A stretch of DNA of 64,000 bases from Bacillota bacterium. GTDB taxonomy: Bacteria; Bacillota; Sulfobacillia; JAMDAP01; JAJYMS01. Both the position numbers and the translations under genes were made by a program. The stretch lies in NCBI GenBank assembly GCA_021786825.1, contig JAJYMS010000134.1:2470-66469 (forward strand), in the 5' to 3' direction. Under the pieces are notes generated by a model. That model worked only from the letters and a program-made list of their open reading frames with translations. It had not been told where the DNA came from and did not search any database. This document shows positions 54,427 to 63,217 of this stretch, one piece after another (within the stretch, counting starts at the first letter, position 1; the number at the start of each line of letters is the position of its first letter).

Positions 54427-55578
54427 TCAGGCGGGATGGCCGGCCTGTGACCACAACTCGATGAAGCGGGCCAGGGCCTTGGTGCGTTCGGGTAGCGAGT
54501 CGACCACCACGTACTCGTCGAGGCTGTGGGCCAGGTCGCCGCGTGGTCCCATTCCGTCCAAGGTGGGCGTGTACCGGGACGTGGTGTTGCCGTCCGAAGC
54601 CCCCCCGGTGGCCGCCTGCCTGACCGCGAAACCCACTTCCGCCCCGGCCTTCTCCAGCAGGCTGAAGAGAGCTTGCTGGCCGGGGCTGGCCGTCATCGGA
54701 TAGTGCTTGAACCCTCCGCTGAGGACCGCCCGGGTCCCCGGCACGCTCACCGACGCCGCGATCCGCCGCAGTTGGGCGTGCGCTCGCTCCACCGCCGCGG
54801 CCTCCGTCACCCGGACGTCGATCTGGCATTCAGCCAGGGCGGGCACCACGTTGGCGCGCTCCCCGCCCCGGATCACCCCGACGTTGACGCTGAAACCGGA
54901 GTCGCTCCCGTTCAACCCTTGCAACGCAACGACCTTCGTGGCCAGTTCGGCAATGGAGTTGGCGCCCAGTTCGGGTTGGGCACCGGCGTGGGCGGACTTC
55001 CCCTGGACGGTCAGGGTAAAGGTCCCCACCCCTTTGCGTTGGCTCACGTACTCCCCGCCTTGGCGGGCGGCCTCAAGGATACAGGCGGCGGCTGCGCTCC
55101 GGGCCTGTCCGGCGATCAGTTCCCGGGAGGTGTCCGATCCGGTTTCCTCGTCACTGTTGAAGACCAGGCGGACGCCCACGCTGTTCCAGGTTGCGGGACG
55201 CTTTTCCCTCAGGGCCTTGAGGGCGAAAAGGGCGACCACCAGGCCGCCTTTCATGTCGTAAACGCCGGGCCCGTAAGCGCGCTCACCCTCGATCCGGAAA
55301 GGGTGCGCCAAGGCGGAACCCCGGGGGTGGACCGTATCCAGGTGCCCGACGAGCAAGACATCGCGACCGGCCGTACCCGGCTTGTAGCCCAGGAGGTGAT
55401 TCCCGACCTCGTGCTGCGGAACCACCCGCACCTGCAGTCCGAGCTTCTCCAGTTCGCCGGCCAGGATACTACCGGCCGCGTCCACTCCCGGCTTGTTGAA
55501 GGTATCGGAATCGATGTCCACCAGCCGCCGGAGCAACTCCAGTTGCTCGGGCCCGACCGAATCCACGTAGGAAAACAT
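54427..55578 (-). CDS. M20 family metallopeptidase (carboxypeptidase G2-like)
   Basis: 383 aa. Motifs are ...LLVGHLDTVHP...YGPGVYDMKGG...NSDEE.GS..S. Confidence 0.87.
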   Translation of the reverse strand: MFSYVDSVGPEQLELLRRLVDIDSDTFNKPGVDAAGSILAGELEKLGLQVRVVPQHEVGNHLLGYKPGTAGRDVLLVGHLDTVHPRGSALAHPFRIEGERAYGPGVYDMKGGLVVALFALKALREKRPATWNSVGVRLVFNSDEETGSDTSRELIAGQARSAAAACILEAARQGGEYVSQRKGVGTFTLTVQGKSAHAGAQPELGANSIAELATKVVALQGLNGSDSGFSVNVGVIRGGERANVVPALAECQIDVRVTEAAAVERAHAQLRRIAASVSVPGTRAVLSGGFKHYPMTASPGQQALFSLLEKAGAEVGFAVRQAATGGASDGNTTSRYTPTLDGMGPRGDLAHSLDEYVVVDSLPERTKALARFIELWSQAGHPA

Positions 55579-55581
55579 CGC

Positions 55582-56592
55582 TTAGGGTAGGCTCGGCAAG
55601 GGATTGACCACCCGGCCGCCGCGGTGAAGCTCAAAGTGCAGGTGGGGTCCGGTCGCGTTGCCGGTCGCACCGACGTACCCGATCACATCCCCCTGGGCCA
55701 CCTCCTGCCCGGCGCCCACGGAAGACCGCGAAAGGTGGGCGTACAGCGTCCGCAAGCCTCCCCCGTGGTCAATCACCACGGCGATGCCGTAATCGTCCCG
55801 CCATCCGGCCGAGACCACCTGACCCGCGCGCGCCGCCACCACCGGGGCCGCGTAGGAAGCGCCGATATCGATCCCTTTGTGCAGGCGGCCCCAGCGCCAG
55901 CCGAACGGAGAAGTGATGGGACCGTTCGCGGGCCAGATAAAACCACTCAACCCGGAGGAGGACTCCCGGCTCACGCCGCGGGAGGCGATCTGCACTCGGC
56001 CGGCGGCAGGGGTTTCGGCACCCGGGATGATGATCTCCCGATCTGCCGCCAACCGGGCGGCATCCGTCAGACCGTTGGCGGACATGATGGAACTGGCGCT
56101 GACCGAATACCGCTCGGCGAGTTCCGAGAGGGTTTCCCCCGGTCGCACCCGGTAGATCAAACCCTTGCCGGTCAGGACCCGCAGCTTGAGCCCGATCGGC
56201 ACGATCCGGCCGGTGTCAAGCCCGTTGTTGGCCAGCAGGCTCGACACGTCGGTGCCGTACTGCTCGGCGATTCCCCAGAGGGTCTCGCCAGGTTCCACAA
56301 TATGAGTTACAACCTCGAGGCGGGAAGCGATGCTGCCTTCGGCAGTGCGTGCCCGTCGCGCCAGCTCCGGGTGAACGACGCGCTCCGCAAGAAACCCGCC
56401 CGAATTGTCGGTCGCCGCAGTTGCGGTGGCCTTGGCGCTCCGGCGGGCGGCGCTCCGAAACGACCACTCCCGCCAACCGGCCGCGGCCAGGACCAGAGCC
56501 AGAACCAGAGCCAGGGCCAAAGCCCCTCCCGCCGCCCGGCGCGGAAGCCGGAAGCGGCTAAGTTTGCCACGCTGCCACCCTTTCTGCTGCAT
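55582..56592 (-). CDS. LysM-domain M23 family peptidase
   Basis: 336 aa. It has an N-terminal TM helix and two LysM repeats (HIVEPGETLWGIAEQYG..., YRVRPGETLSELAERY...). The M23 core reads HKGIDIGA...GATGNATGPHLHFEL. Confidence 0.9.
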   Translation of the reverse strand: MQQKGWQRGKLSRFRLPRRAAGGALALALVLALVLAAAGWREWSFRSAARRSAKATATAATDNSGGFLAERVVHPELARRARTAEGSIASRLEVVTHIVEPGETLWGIAEQYGTDVSSLLANNGLDTGRIVPIGLKLRVLTGKGLIYRVRPGETLSELAERYSVSASSIMSANGLTDAARLAADREIIIPGAETPAAGRVQIASRGVSRESSSGLSGFIWPANGPITSPFGWRWGRLHKGIDIGASYAAPVVAARAGQVVSAGWRDDYGIAVVIDHGGGLRTLYAHLSRSSVGAGQEVAQGDVIGYVGATGNATGPHLHFELHRGGRVVNPLPSLP

Positions 56593-56786
56593 GGGTCACC
56601 TCCTGTAGAGTCGCCCGGTGACAAGTGCATTCAATTATACCATACACGTCACAGGCTTCCCAGGTGACAACCTGGCCAGTAACACGGTGGAACGGTTGGG
56701 TGGACTACCCCGTTTGGTATAGCATTATCCACGGGTGGGCAGACTGGGGAGTGGTGGATGAGTCTTCCGATGCCCACGGCGGGGAA

Positions 56787-58112
56787 ATGAAGGAGGAAAA
56801 AGCCAAAACGTGGCGAAATCCTCCAATCCCACCCGAACTGTCGTCGAGCAGCGGACCGACCTCGCCCCCCCGGGGCGAAGCTCCGGTGCAACCGACGGGG
56901 GGGCGAGGAGGTGGTCGTTTGCTGAAACGTCGCCGACAACTGTTAATTCTGACCGGCCTGGTGGTGGTCTTGCTATTCACCCTGGCCGCGTGGCGCTCCC
57001 TCAAGGGAGGCGACCGCGACACCTTTCCCAGCGCCGGCCCGGCGGCGGTTACCAAAGCACTCACCGCCGACCCTGTGCCCCTGGTGAAGGCCTACGTTAT
57101 TGCGGTCAACGGCACCGACGTCGTCGGGCTGGCCGACCGCGCCACCGCCGCCGGGGTGGTGTCCGACCTCAAGGAAAGCTACGCTCGCACCCTGTCGCAG
57201 GACGCCGTCCTGGAAGAGGTCCAGATCAGCGAGCGGATCGATATCGTCGAGCGGATGATCCCGGTCGAGAAACTGCGTAACGCCGACGAAGCGAAACGCA
57301 TTCTCCTTCGGGGCACGGACAAGTTGGTCTACTACACCGTCCAGCGCGGCGATACCCTGTGGACCATCGCCCAGAGCCGGAACATGCAGGTCGAGGACCT
57401 GCAGAAGGCCAACCCCGAGGCGGTGCCCGAGGCGTTGCAGCCCGGGGAGCAGCTCAACCTGGTGGTGGCTGACCCGTACGTCAACCTCCAGAGCAAACAA
57501 AAGGTCACCTACATCGAGAACATTCCCTACCCGGTGGACGAGGTCGCCGACAGTTCCTTGTATCCCTGGGAGTCCTTCGACGAGAAAAACGGCATCTACG
57601 GCAAGAAAGAGGTCGTCATCGAGATCGTCCGCCAGAATCAGCAGATCGTCGGCCGCCACTTGCTGAGCCAGCGCGTGCTGTCGGAGCCCGTGACGGCCGT
57701 CTACCGGCGGGGCACCAAACTGGCGCCCGAGCTGGGGACGGGAAGGCTCCAACTGCCGCTTGCCGGGCTGCTCACCTCGGGCTACGGATGGCGCGGCGGG
57801 GAGTTTCATACCGGTCTCGACCTTGCGGCCCCCTGGGGGTCGCCGGTGCAAGCGGCGGACTCCGGCACGGTGGTGGTGGCGGGCTGGGAAGGCGATTACG
57901 GCAACCGCATCATCATCGACCACGGTGGCGGGAAGCTGCAAACCCTTTACGGCCACCTCTCGTCCTTCGCCGTGAGAGTCGGTGACCGGGTCGGCAAGGG
58001 ACAGGTGATCGGGCGCGTCGGCAGTACCGGCCGCAGCACGGGCCCGCACGTGCACTTCGAGGTTCGCGTCGAAGGCCGGCATGTCAACCCGATGAACTAC
58101 TTCCCGAAGTAG
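56787..58112 (+). CDS. LysM-domain M23 family peptidase
   Basis: It has a TM helix (LLILTGLVVVLLF), a LysM repeat (YTVQRGDTLWTIAQSRN) and the M23 core FHTGLDLAA...GSTGRSTGPHVHFEV. The start is uncertain (ATG 56787; the ORF track starts at 56625). Confidence 0.85.
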   Translation: MKEEKAKTWRNPPIPPELSSSSGPTSPPRGEAPVQPTGGRGGGRLLKRRRQLLILTGLVVVLLFTLAAWRSLKGGDRDTFPSAGPAAVTKALTADPVPLVKAYVIAVNGTDVVGLADRATAAGVVSDLKESYARTLSQDAVLEEVQISERIDIVERMIPVEKLRNADEAKRILLRGTDKLVYYTVQRGDTLWTIAQSRNMQVEDLQKANPEAVPEALQPGEQLNLVVADPYVNLQSKQKVTYIENIPYPVDEVADSSLYPWESFDEKNGIYGKKEVVIEIVRQNQQIVGRHLLSQRVLSEPVTAVYRRGTKLAPELGTGRLQLPLAGLLTSGYGWRGGEFHTGLDLAAPWGSPVQAADSGTVVVAGWEGDYGNRIIIDHGGGKLQTLYGHLSSFAVRVGDRVGKGQVIGRVGSTGRSTGPHVHFEVRVEGRHVNPMNYFPK

Positions 58113-58125
58113 CGCGAACAGAGGA

Positions 58126-58159
58126 AGCCCCGCCCGGGATGGGCGGGGCTTTGCGTTTG
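58126..58159 (+). terminator. rho-independent terminator after the M23 gene
   Basis: AGCCCCGCCC / GGGCGGGGCT (58126-58150) followed by TTGCGTTTG. Confidence 0.65.
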
Positions 58160-58179
58160 TAACGCAAAACTAACCTTGT

Positions 58180-58196
58180 TGTAACACGCCTGTAAC
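58180..58196 (+). promoter_or_regulatory. WalR-type direct repeat TGTAAC-N5-TGTAAC
   Basis: TGTAAC (58180-58185), ACGCC, TGTAAC (58191-58196). This matches the published WalR/YycF consensus TGT(A/T)A(A/T/C)-N5-TGT(A/T)A(A/T/C). A further TGTAAC lies at 58158 and an inverted GTTACA at 58205. Confidence 0.4.
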
Positions 58197-58216
58197 GAGC
58201 GGGCGTTACACTGAAC

Positions 58217-58306
58217 TTGCAGTTGAGGAGTTTTGGTACCCCTCCAATTGCAGAATGACCCCCTCTATATAGTGTGGTCGGCCCTGCCGACCACACCTCT
58301 TTTTTG
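58217..58306 (+). ncRNA. candidate small RNA or leader: 12-bp hairpin plus strong intrinsic terminator
   Basis: Hairpin 58217-58253 (TTGCAGTTGAGG / CCTCCAATTGCAG). The terminator is GTGTGGTCGGC-CCT-GCCGACCACAC (58272-58296) followed by CTCTTTTTTG. The overlapping minus-strand ORF 58084-58296 was judged a shadow ORF, so there is no credible ORF here. Confidence 0.4.
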
Positions 58307-58408
58307 TCCGATCGTTGACATAATTTGGCCGTGGGAGCGACGCCGCCGCGCCGCTATAATTTAATAAGTCCGGATTTATGTCACGTCTTGCGCGGGGGAG
58401 GGGAACCG

Positions 58409-59305
58409 GTGGAGGTCAGACGGAGCATCCCCAAGGCAGGGATGTTGGCGATTCTGGGGTTGCTGGGCATCCTGGCGATGCCGGCCCTGGCGCCGGCTCT
58501 GCGGACCCACCCGAGCGGGTGGAGCCGGCTCTTTTACGCTGCCTACCGAACCCACGTCCGCGCGGCGTTTGCTGCCCGCCAGGACTTTCTCACCCGCGAC
58601 GACCAGCATTTTATCCTGAAGTACACGCGGGCCGACGCCGCGGTGGCCGGCGCGGTCCTGAGGCAGGCGGACTTGGCATACGACCGCGTGACGAAGGACC
58701 TGGACTACTCTCCCCCGGGCAAGGTTGTATTGGTTCTCTACCCCGACCGGGCGTCGCTGCAGCGATCCTTCGGCTGGTCCAGCCAGGACCAAGCCCTGGG
58801 CGTCTACTGGGCCGGGGTGATCCGCCTCCTTTCCCCCCGGGTATGGCTGCCGACCGGCGACGAGCGGCAGCTCGAGGCGGCCTACGGCCGCGAAGGACCG
58901 GTGACGCACGAGTTTACCCACCTGGTGCTGGATTACCGTACCGACGGCAACTACCCCTACTGGTTCACCGAAGGGTTGGCCCAGTGGGAGGAATACCGGT
59001 ATACCGGCTACCTGTGGCTGGAGCCCCAAAGCAGGCTGGACCAGCCTTTGTACAGCGTTGCTGAGCTTTCAACCTCGTTTCCCGCTTTGCCGAACCAGGC
59101 TCTCGCCTACCGGGAGGCCTTCCTGCTGGTGCGGATGCTGGACGGGGAAGAGGGGGACGGCGGGCTGCAACGGTTGGTGGGCCTGCTGGCGAAAGGCGTG
59201 AGCTGGGACGAGGCCCTCGACGAGGTGTACGGAATGGCGCCGGCGGGGTTGCAGAAGCGATTTACCGACTATCTCGCCCGGCCCGGAAGCGGCGGGGAGG
59301 ATTAA
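58409..59305 (+). CDS. membrane-anchored HExxH metallopeptidase-like protein (peptidase MA-like)
   Basis: GTG 58409 follows GGGGGAGGGG. It has a signal/TM segment MLAILGLLGILAMPALAPA and the motif HEFTHLVLD....YWFTEGLAQWEE (HExxH plus a downstream Glu). Confidence 0.72.
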   Translation: MEVRRSIPKAGMLAILGLLGILAMPALAPALRTHPSGWSRLFYAAYRTHVRAAFAARQDFLTRDDQHFILKYTRADAAVAGAVLRQADLAYDRVTKDLDYSPPGKVVLVLYPDRASLQRSFGWSSQDQALGVYWAGVIRLLSPRVWLPTGDERQLEAAYGREGPVTHEFTHLVLDYRTDGNYPYWFTEGLAQWEEYRYTGYLWLEPQSRLDQPLYSVAELSTSFPALPNQALAYREAFLLVRMLDGEEGDGGLQRLVGLLAKGVSWDEALDEVYGMAPAGLQKRFTDYLARPGSGGED

Positions 59306-59386
59306 GTCCCGCCGGTGCCGAAGAAGCCCGCGTACGCTCCCGGTCGCGGCTGGGGCGTCGCCGACCCTGTTACGGGGGGTTGAAGG

Positions 59387-60073
59387 GTGGCTGAGAAGAT
59401 CCTCGTCGTGGACGACGAGCACCCCATCGCCGACATCCTGAAGTTTAACCTGCAGAAGGAAGGCTACCAGGTCGTGGTCGCTCACAACGGCGAGGAGGCC
59501 CTGGAACTCTTTCGCCGCGAGCAGCCGGACCTGGTCATCCTGGATATCATGCTCCCAAAGGTTGACGGGCTGACCGTCTGCCGCATCCTGCGGCAGACTT
59601 CGCGGGTGCCGATCCTGATGCTCACCGCCCGGGAAGAGGAGGTTGACGTGGTCCTGGGACTGGAACTGGGTGCCGACGACTACGTAACCAAACCCTTCTC
59701 CCCGCGCGAACTGGTGGCGCGGGTTAAAGCCATTTTGCGCCGCTCCGCCCCTCCGCCGGAGGGACAGACTGGCCGCCTGCACTTCGACGACCTGGTCCTG
59801 GATCTGGACGCCTATGCCCTCTGGCGCGGGGAGCAGGAGGTGCCCCTGACCCCGCGAGAGTTTCAGCTTTTGCGCCACCTGGCGACCCACCCGGGGCAGG
59901 TCTTCAACCGCGACGGGCTGTGCCGCGAAGTCTGGGGCTACGACTACTTCGGAGACGGCCGGACGGTGGACGTGACCATCCGACGCTTGCGGGAAAAGAT
60001 CGAGCCCGATCCCGCCAGGCCGGAGTACATCAAGACCAAGCGTGGAATCGGCTACTACTTCCAACGCCCTTGA
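59387..60073 (+). CDS. walR: OmpR-family response regulator, WalR/YycF-like
   Basis: 228 aa. The sequence reads KILVVDDEHPIADILKFNLQKEGY.V..A.NGEEAL.......PDL..LDIMLP..DG, with a winged-helix C-terminus ...RTVDV.IRRLREKIE. Confidence 0.9.
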   Translation: MAEKILVVDDEHPIADILKFNLQKEGYQVVVAHNGEEALELFRREQPDLVILDIMLPKVDGLTVCRILRQTSRVPILMLTAREEEVDVVLGLELGADDYVTKPFSPRELVARVKAILRRSAPPPEGQTGRLHFDDLVLDLDAYALWRGEQEVPLTPREFQLLRHLATHPGQVFNRDGLCREVWGYDYFGDGRTVDVTIRRLREKIEPDPARPEYIKTKRGIGYYFQRP

Positions 60074-60088
60074 GGGCCAGGTGACCCG

Positions 60089-61885
60089 GTGCGCAGCATT
60101 CAATGGAAATTGGTCCTCGTCTACCTCTTGCTGATTCTGCTGGCGATGGAGCTCGGCGGGTTCTACGTGCTCCGCTCGCTGGAGCAGTATTACTTGGCCA
60201 ACTTCTCCAACACCCTTTACTCGCATGGCCAACTCACCGCGGCCTTCATGGCCCGCTACCTGGACAAGCCCGATCAAGCCACGATCCGAAACCTGGTGGC
60301 CGACTTCGGGCGGCAGATCCAGGCCGACGTGACCGTGCTAAACAGCAGCGGTGAGGTCATTGCCTCCTCGCACCCCTCCCGCTACCAGGCAGGGGCCCGG
60401 CTGGCGAGGGACGAGGTGACCCAAGCGGTGGCGGGCAGCAAGGGGGAGTCGAGCGGGCGGGACTCCGTCAGCGGTGAACGGCGGTACTACCTTGCGGTTC
60501 CGGTGCGGAGCGGGGGAAGGGTCACCGGCATCCTGGACCTCGCCGCCTCCCTGGAACCGATCTATCGCACCCTGGGCGACATCCGGCTGATCCTGCTCAC
60601 CGCGCTGGCAATCGCCCTCGTGGCGACCGCCGTGGTAGGTTACGCCCTTGCCAGCACGATCACCCGTCCGATCCAGGAGATCACCTCCAGAGCCGCGGAG
60701 ATGGCCGCTGGAAACTTCGAGCAGAAGATCCGGGTGCATGCCAACGACGAGATCGGCCAGCTCGGATCGATGTTCAACTACTTGACCCTTCGCCTCAAGG
60801 AGACCCTGGGAGAAATCTCGCAGGAGAAGTCCAAGGTAGAGGCGATCCTGGCCTACATGACCGATGGCCTGCTGGCTCTCGACCGGGAGGGGCGGATCAT
60901 CCTCTTGAATCCGGCGGCCGCCGCGATGATCTCGGTCCGGCCGGAAGACGTGATCGGACGGCGCGCCACTGACGCCCTGCCGATGCTCAAGCCGGAGGAA
61001 TTCAACCGGCGGGAGTTCCCTGCCTTGGAAACGGGCTCGCCGGCTTCGCGCGAAGTGCGGCTCGAGGGCCCCCCTGTCCGCCTGCTCCAAGCTGACCTGG
61101 CGCCCTTCCGGACCGGGGCCGGAGGTCCCGCGGGCATGGTCATCGTGCTTCACGACGTCACCGAAGAGCAGAAACTGGACCGCCTCCGCCGGGAGTTCGT
61201 GGCCAACGTCTCCCACGAACTTCGAACCCCCCTGACCACGATCAAGAGCTACGTGGAAACCCTGTTGGATGGAGCGTTGGCGGATGTGCAACTTTCCCGG
61301 CAATTCCTCGGGGTGGTCGACACCGAGGCCGACCGGATGACCCGGCTGCTGGCGGACCTGCTGCAGTTGTCCCAGTTTGACAGCCGGGTGGTCACCCTTG
61401 ACCTGGCGCCGCTGGACCTGGCGCCGACCATCAGGAAGGTGCTGGGCCGGCTGGAGGTGCAGTCCAACCGGAAGGGACTTCGTCTGGCGGCCGACCTGGC
61501 TCCCAATGTACCCCCGGTGCTGGCCGACCGCGACCGGATCGAACAAGTGCTGTTGAACCTGCTGACCAACGCGATGGAATTCACCCCGGCCGGCGGGGTC
61601 GTCACCGTTTCGCTGGAGGCGCGGGGGTCATACGCGGTCGTCTGGGTGCGGGACACGGGGATCGGCATTCCCCCCGACGACCTGCCCCGCATCTTCGATC
61701 GCTTTTACCGGGTGGACAAGGCCCGCTCCCGGGAACTGGGAGGCACCGGTCTGGGTTTGTCGATCGCGCGCGAAATCGTCGGCGCCCACGGGGGCGCGAT
61801 CAACCTGGAGTCAACTTTCGGCGAGGGCACCGCGGTCTCCTTTACCCTGCCCTTGGCCCCGGAGCCGATGGAGGCGGAGGGATGA
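60089..61885 (+). CDS. walK: sensor histidine kinase, WalK/YycG-like
   Basis: 598 aa. It starts SIQWKLVLVYLLLILLAM and has a second TM helix plus HAMP, PAS, and the H-box FVANVSHELRTPLTTI. N and G boxes (NLLTNAMEF, DTGIGI, GGTGLGLSIA) are present. Confidence 0.9.
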   Translation: MRSIQWKLVLVYLLLILLAMELGGFYVLRSLEQYYLANFSNTLYSHGQLTAAFMARYLDKPDQATIRNLVADFGRQIQADVTVLNSSGEVIASSHPSRYQAGARLARDEVTQAVAGSKGESSGRDSVSGERRYYLAVPVRSGGRVTGILDLAASLEPIYRTLGDIRLILLTALAIALVATAVVGYALASTITRPIQEITSRAAEMAAGNFEQKIRVHANDEIGQLGSMFNYLTLRLKETLGEISQEKSKVEAILAYMTDGLLALDREGRIILLNPAAAAMISVRPEDVIGRRATDALPMLKPEEFNRREFPALETGSPASREVRLEGPPVRLLQADLAPFRTGAGGPAGMVIVLHDVTEEQKLDRLRREFVANVSHELRTPLTTIKSYVETLLDGALADVQLSRQFLGVVDTEADRMTRLLADLLQLSQFDSRVVTLDLAPLDLAPTIRKVLGRLEVQSNRKGLRLAADLAPNVPPVLADRDRIEQVLLNLLTNAMEFTPAGGVVTVSLEARGSYAVVWVRDTGIGIPPDDLPRIFDRFYRVDKARSRELGGTGLGLSIAREIVGAHGGAINLESTFGEGTAVSFTLPLAPEPMEAEG

Positions 61886-63213
61886 CCCGTTCGGTGGTCT
61901 TGGGATTGTTGGTGGCCTTAAGCATGACCCTCTCGGTCCGGCTGTGGATGGGCGAGAACCAGTTGCCCAGCCCGAAGGCGCATGGTTCCACGGCCCCGGA
62001 CGACCTGGATGCCCTTCCTTCACCCGGAGAGGTCCTGGCCCCCCAGGGCGTGGTGGTGCACCTCGGACAGGGAAGGCATACCGGGCTTACGCCGGGCTCA
62101 CCTGCTTACGCCAGGCTCTGGGGGAAAGTGGAACCCCTTCTCGCCGGCCTCCCCGAGGCGATCCCGACCGCTCCTGAAAGTGGCGCGACGGCCCAGGAAG
62201 TGGCGGCGCAGAGGGACGAGCCGGGCCTGGAGGTAATCTTGCCCCTAGCCCTGCCGCTGGAGCAATGGGCGGACCTTTGGAACAGTGGGTGGTGGACTAC
62301 CCAGACGTCTCCCAGCACCACTCCCACCACTCGCCGCGTCTTGCTGGCGGCTGGCAAGAACCCGGCCGCCTACGTGTGGGTGGAGGGGTCCACCAGCGTG
62401 CTGCGCGCAACCCTTCCCGGAGGCCCACGTCTGGAGGCCATCCTGAAGGACGTGCGAACGCAACCGGGTTACGTCGAGCTGCCGCCCAGCCTGGACGGGC
62501 TCCGGATCGACCCAGGGATCTACGTCCCCGACCCGCCGCCCCGGCTGGCGGCGCTTCACGCGATCCGCCGGACATCCAACCCGGAGGAGTACGCCCGGCG
62601 GTTCTTCCTGGACCTCTCGGTCGTAAGGGTGATCAGGGAACGCGACAGCGCGGTCATCTTCACCGATGGACGGCAAGGGTTGAGGGTCTACCCGTCCGGC
62701 GCCAGCGAGTATACGTCGGCCCAGACCCTTCCCCCCGCAGGTGAACTGACCTTTCCGGAAGCCCTTCGCCAGGCGGTCGAGTACGCCGCCGCTCACGGGG
62801 GGTGGCCCCCGCAAGCGTACCTGGTCGGCGACCGGACGGTCGACGCGGCTCCGTCGCTGGAATTTACCTACCGCCTGGCCGGGCTGCCCCTGGAGGGCCA
62901 GCCGCCCCTGCAGATAACCCTCAACTCCGCCGGGGTAATCGGCTACCAGCGCTGGATGTGGAAGCCAAGCGACGACCAGGCCGCCCTGCAGCCCGCCATC
63001 GGAGCCAAGGAGGCGCTCGGGACCGTCCGACGCCACTGGCAACAACTCTTCCCGTGGAACCCGGATCCGCGCATCACCGACCTCCACCTGGCCTACCTCT
63101 TGCCGCCGCGCGGGGCCGAGGACTCCACCCTGCGTCCGGTCTGGGCGGTGACCGTCCACGGCGGTCACCGGACCTACGTCGATGCCCTGACCGGCGAACC
63201 GGCGGGCGGGTGA
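61882..63213 (+). CDS. yycH: two-component system regulatory protein YycH-like
   Basis: 443 aa with an N-terminal TM helix. It overlaps the walK stop by 4 nt. Its position and size match YycH, but sequence similarity was not verified. Confidence 0.7.
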   Translation: MTRSVVLGLLVALSMTLSVRLWMGENQLPSPKAHGSTAPDDLDALPSPGEVLAPQGVVVHLGQGRHTGLTPGSPAYARLWGKVEPLLAGLPEAIPTAPESGATAQEVAAQRDEPGLEVILPLALPLEQWADLWNSGWWTTQTSPSTTPTTRRVLLAAGKNPAAYVWVEGSTSVLRATLPGGPRLEAILKDVRTQPGYVELPPSLDGLRIDPGIYVPDPPPRLAALHAIRRTSNPEEYARRFFLDLSVVRVIRERDSAVIFTDGRQGLRVYPSGASEYTSAQTLPPAGELTFPEALRQAVEYAAAHGGWPPQAYLVGDRTVDAAPSLEFTYRLAGLPLEGQPPLQITLNSAGVIGYQRWMWKPSDDQAALQPAIGAKEALGTVRRHWQQLFPWNPDPRITDLHLAYLLPPRGAEDSTLRPVWAVTVHGGHRTYVDALTGEPAGG

Positions 63214-63217
63214 GACC

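Noticed and set aside
56593-56786. A c-di-AMP (ydaO/yuaA-type) riboswitch or WalR box upstream of the LysM-M23 peptidase genes (also checked at 42651-42750).
   Set aside because: I found none of the conserved riboswitch core strings I remember (GGGGACCCA / GGGGUGAAUC / ACCCGAACC) and no TGTWAH-N5-TGTWAH repeat. A covariance-model scan would be needed to be certain.
58315-58360. Perfect TTGACA (58315) and TATAAT (58355) hexamers upstream of the HExxH-peptidase gene.
   Set aside because: They are 34 nt apart, far from the 16-19 nt needed for one sigma-A promoter. Neither has a convincing partner hexamer at the right distance, so no promoter is called.
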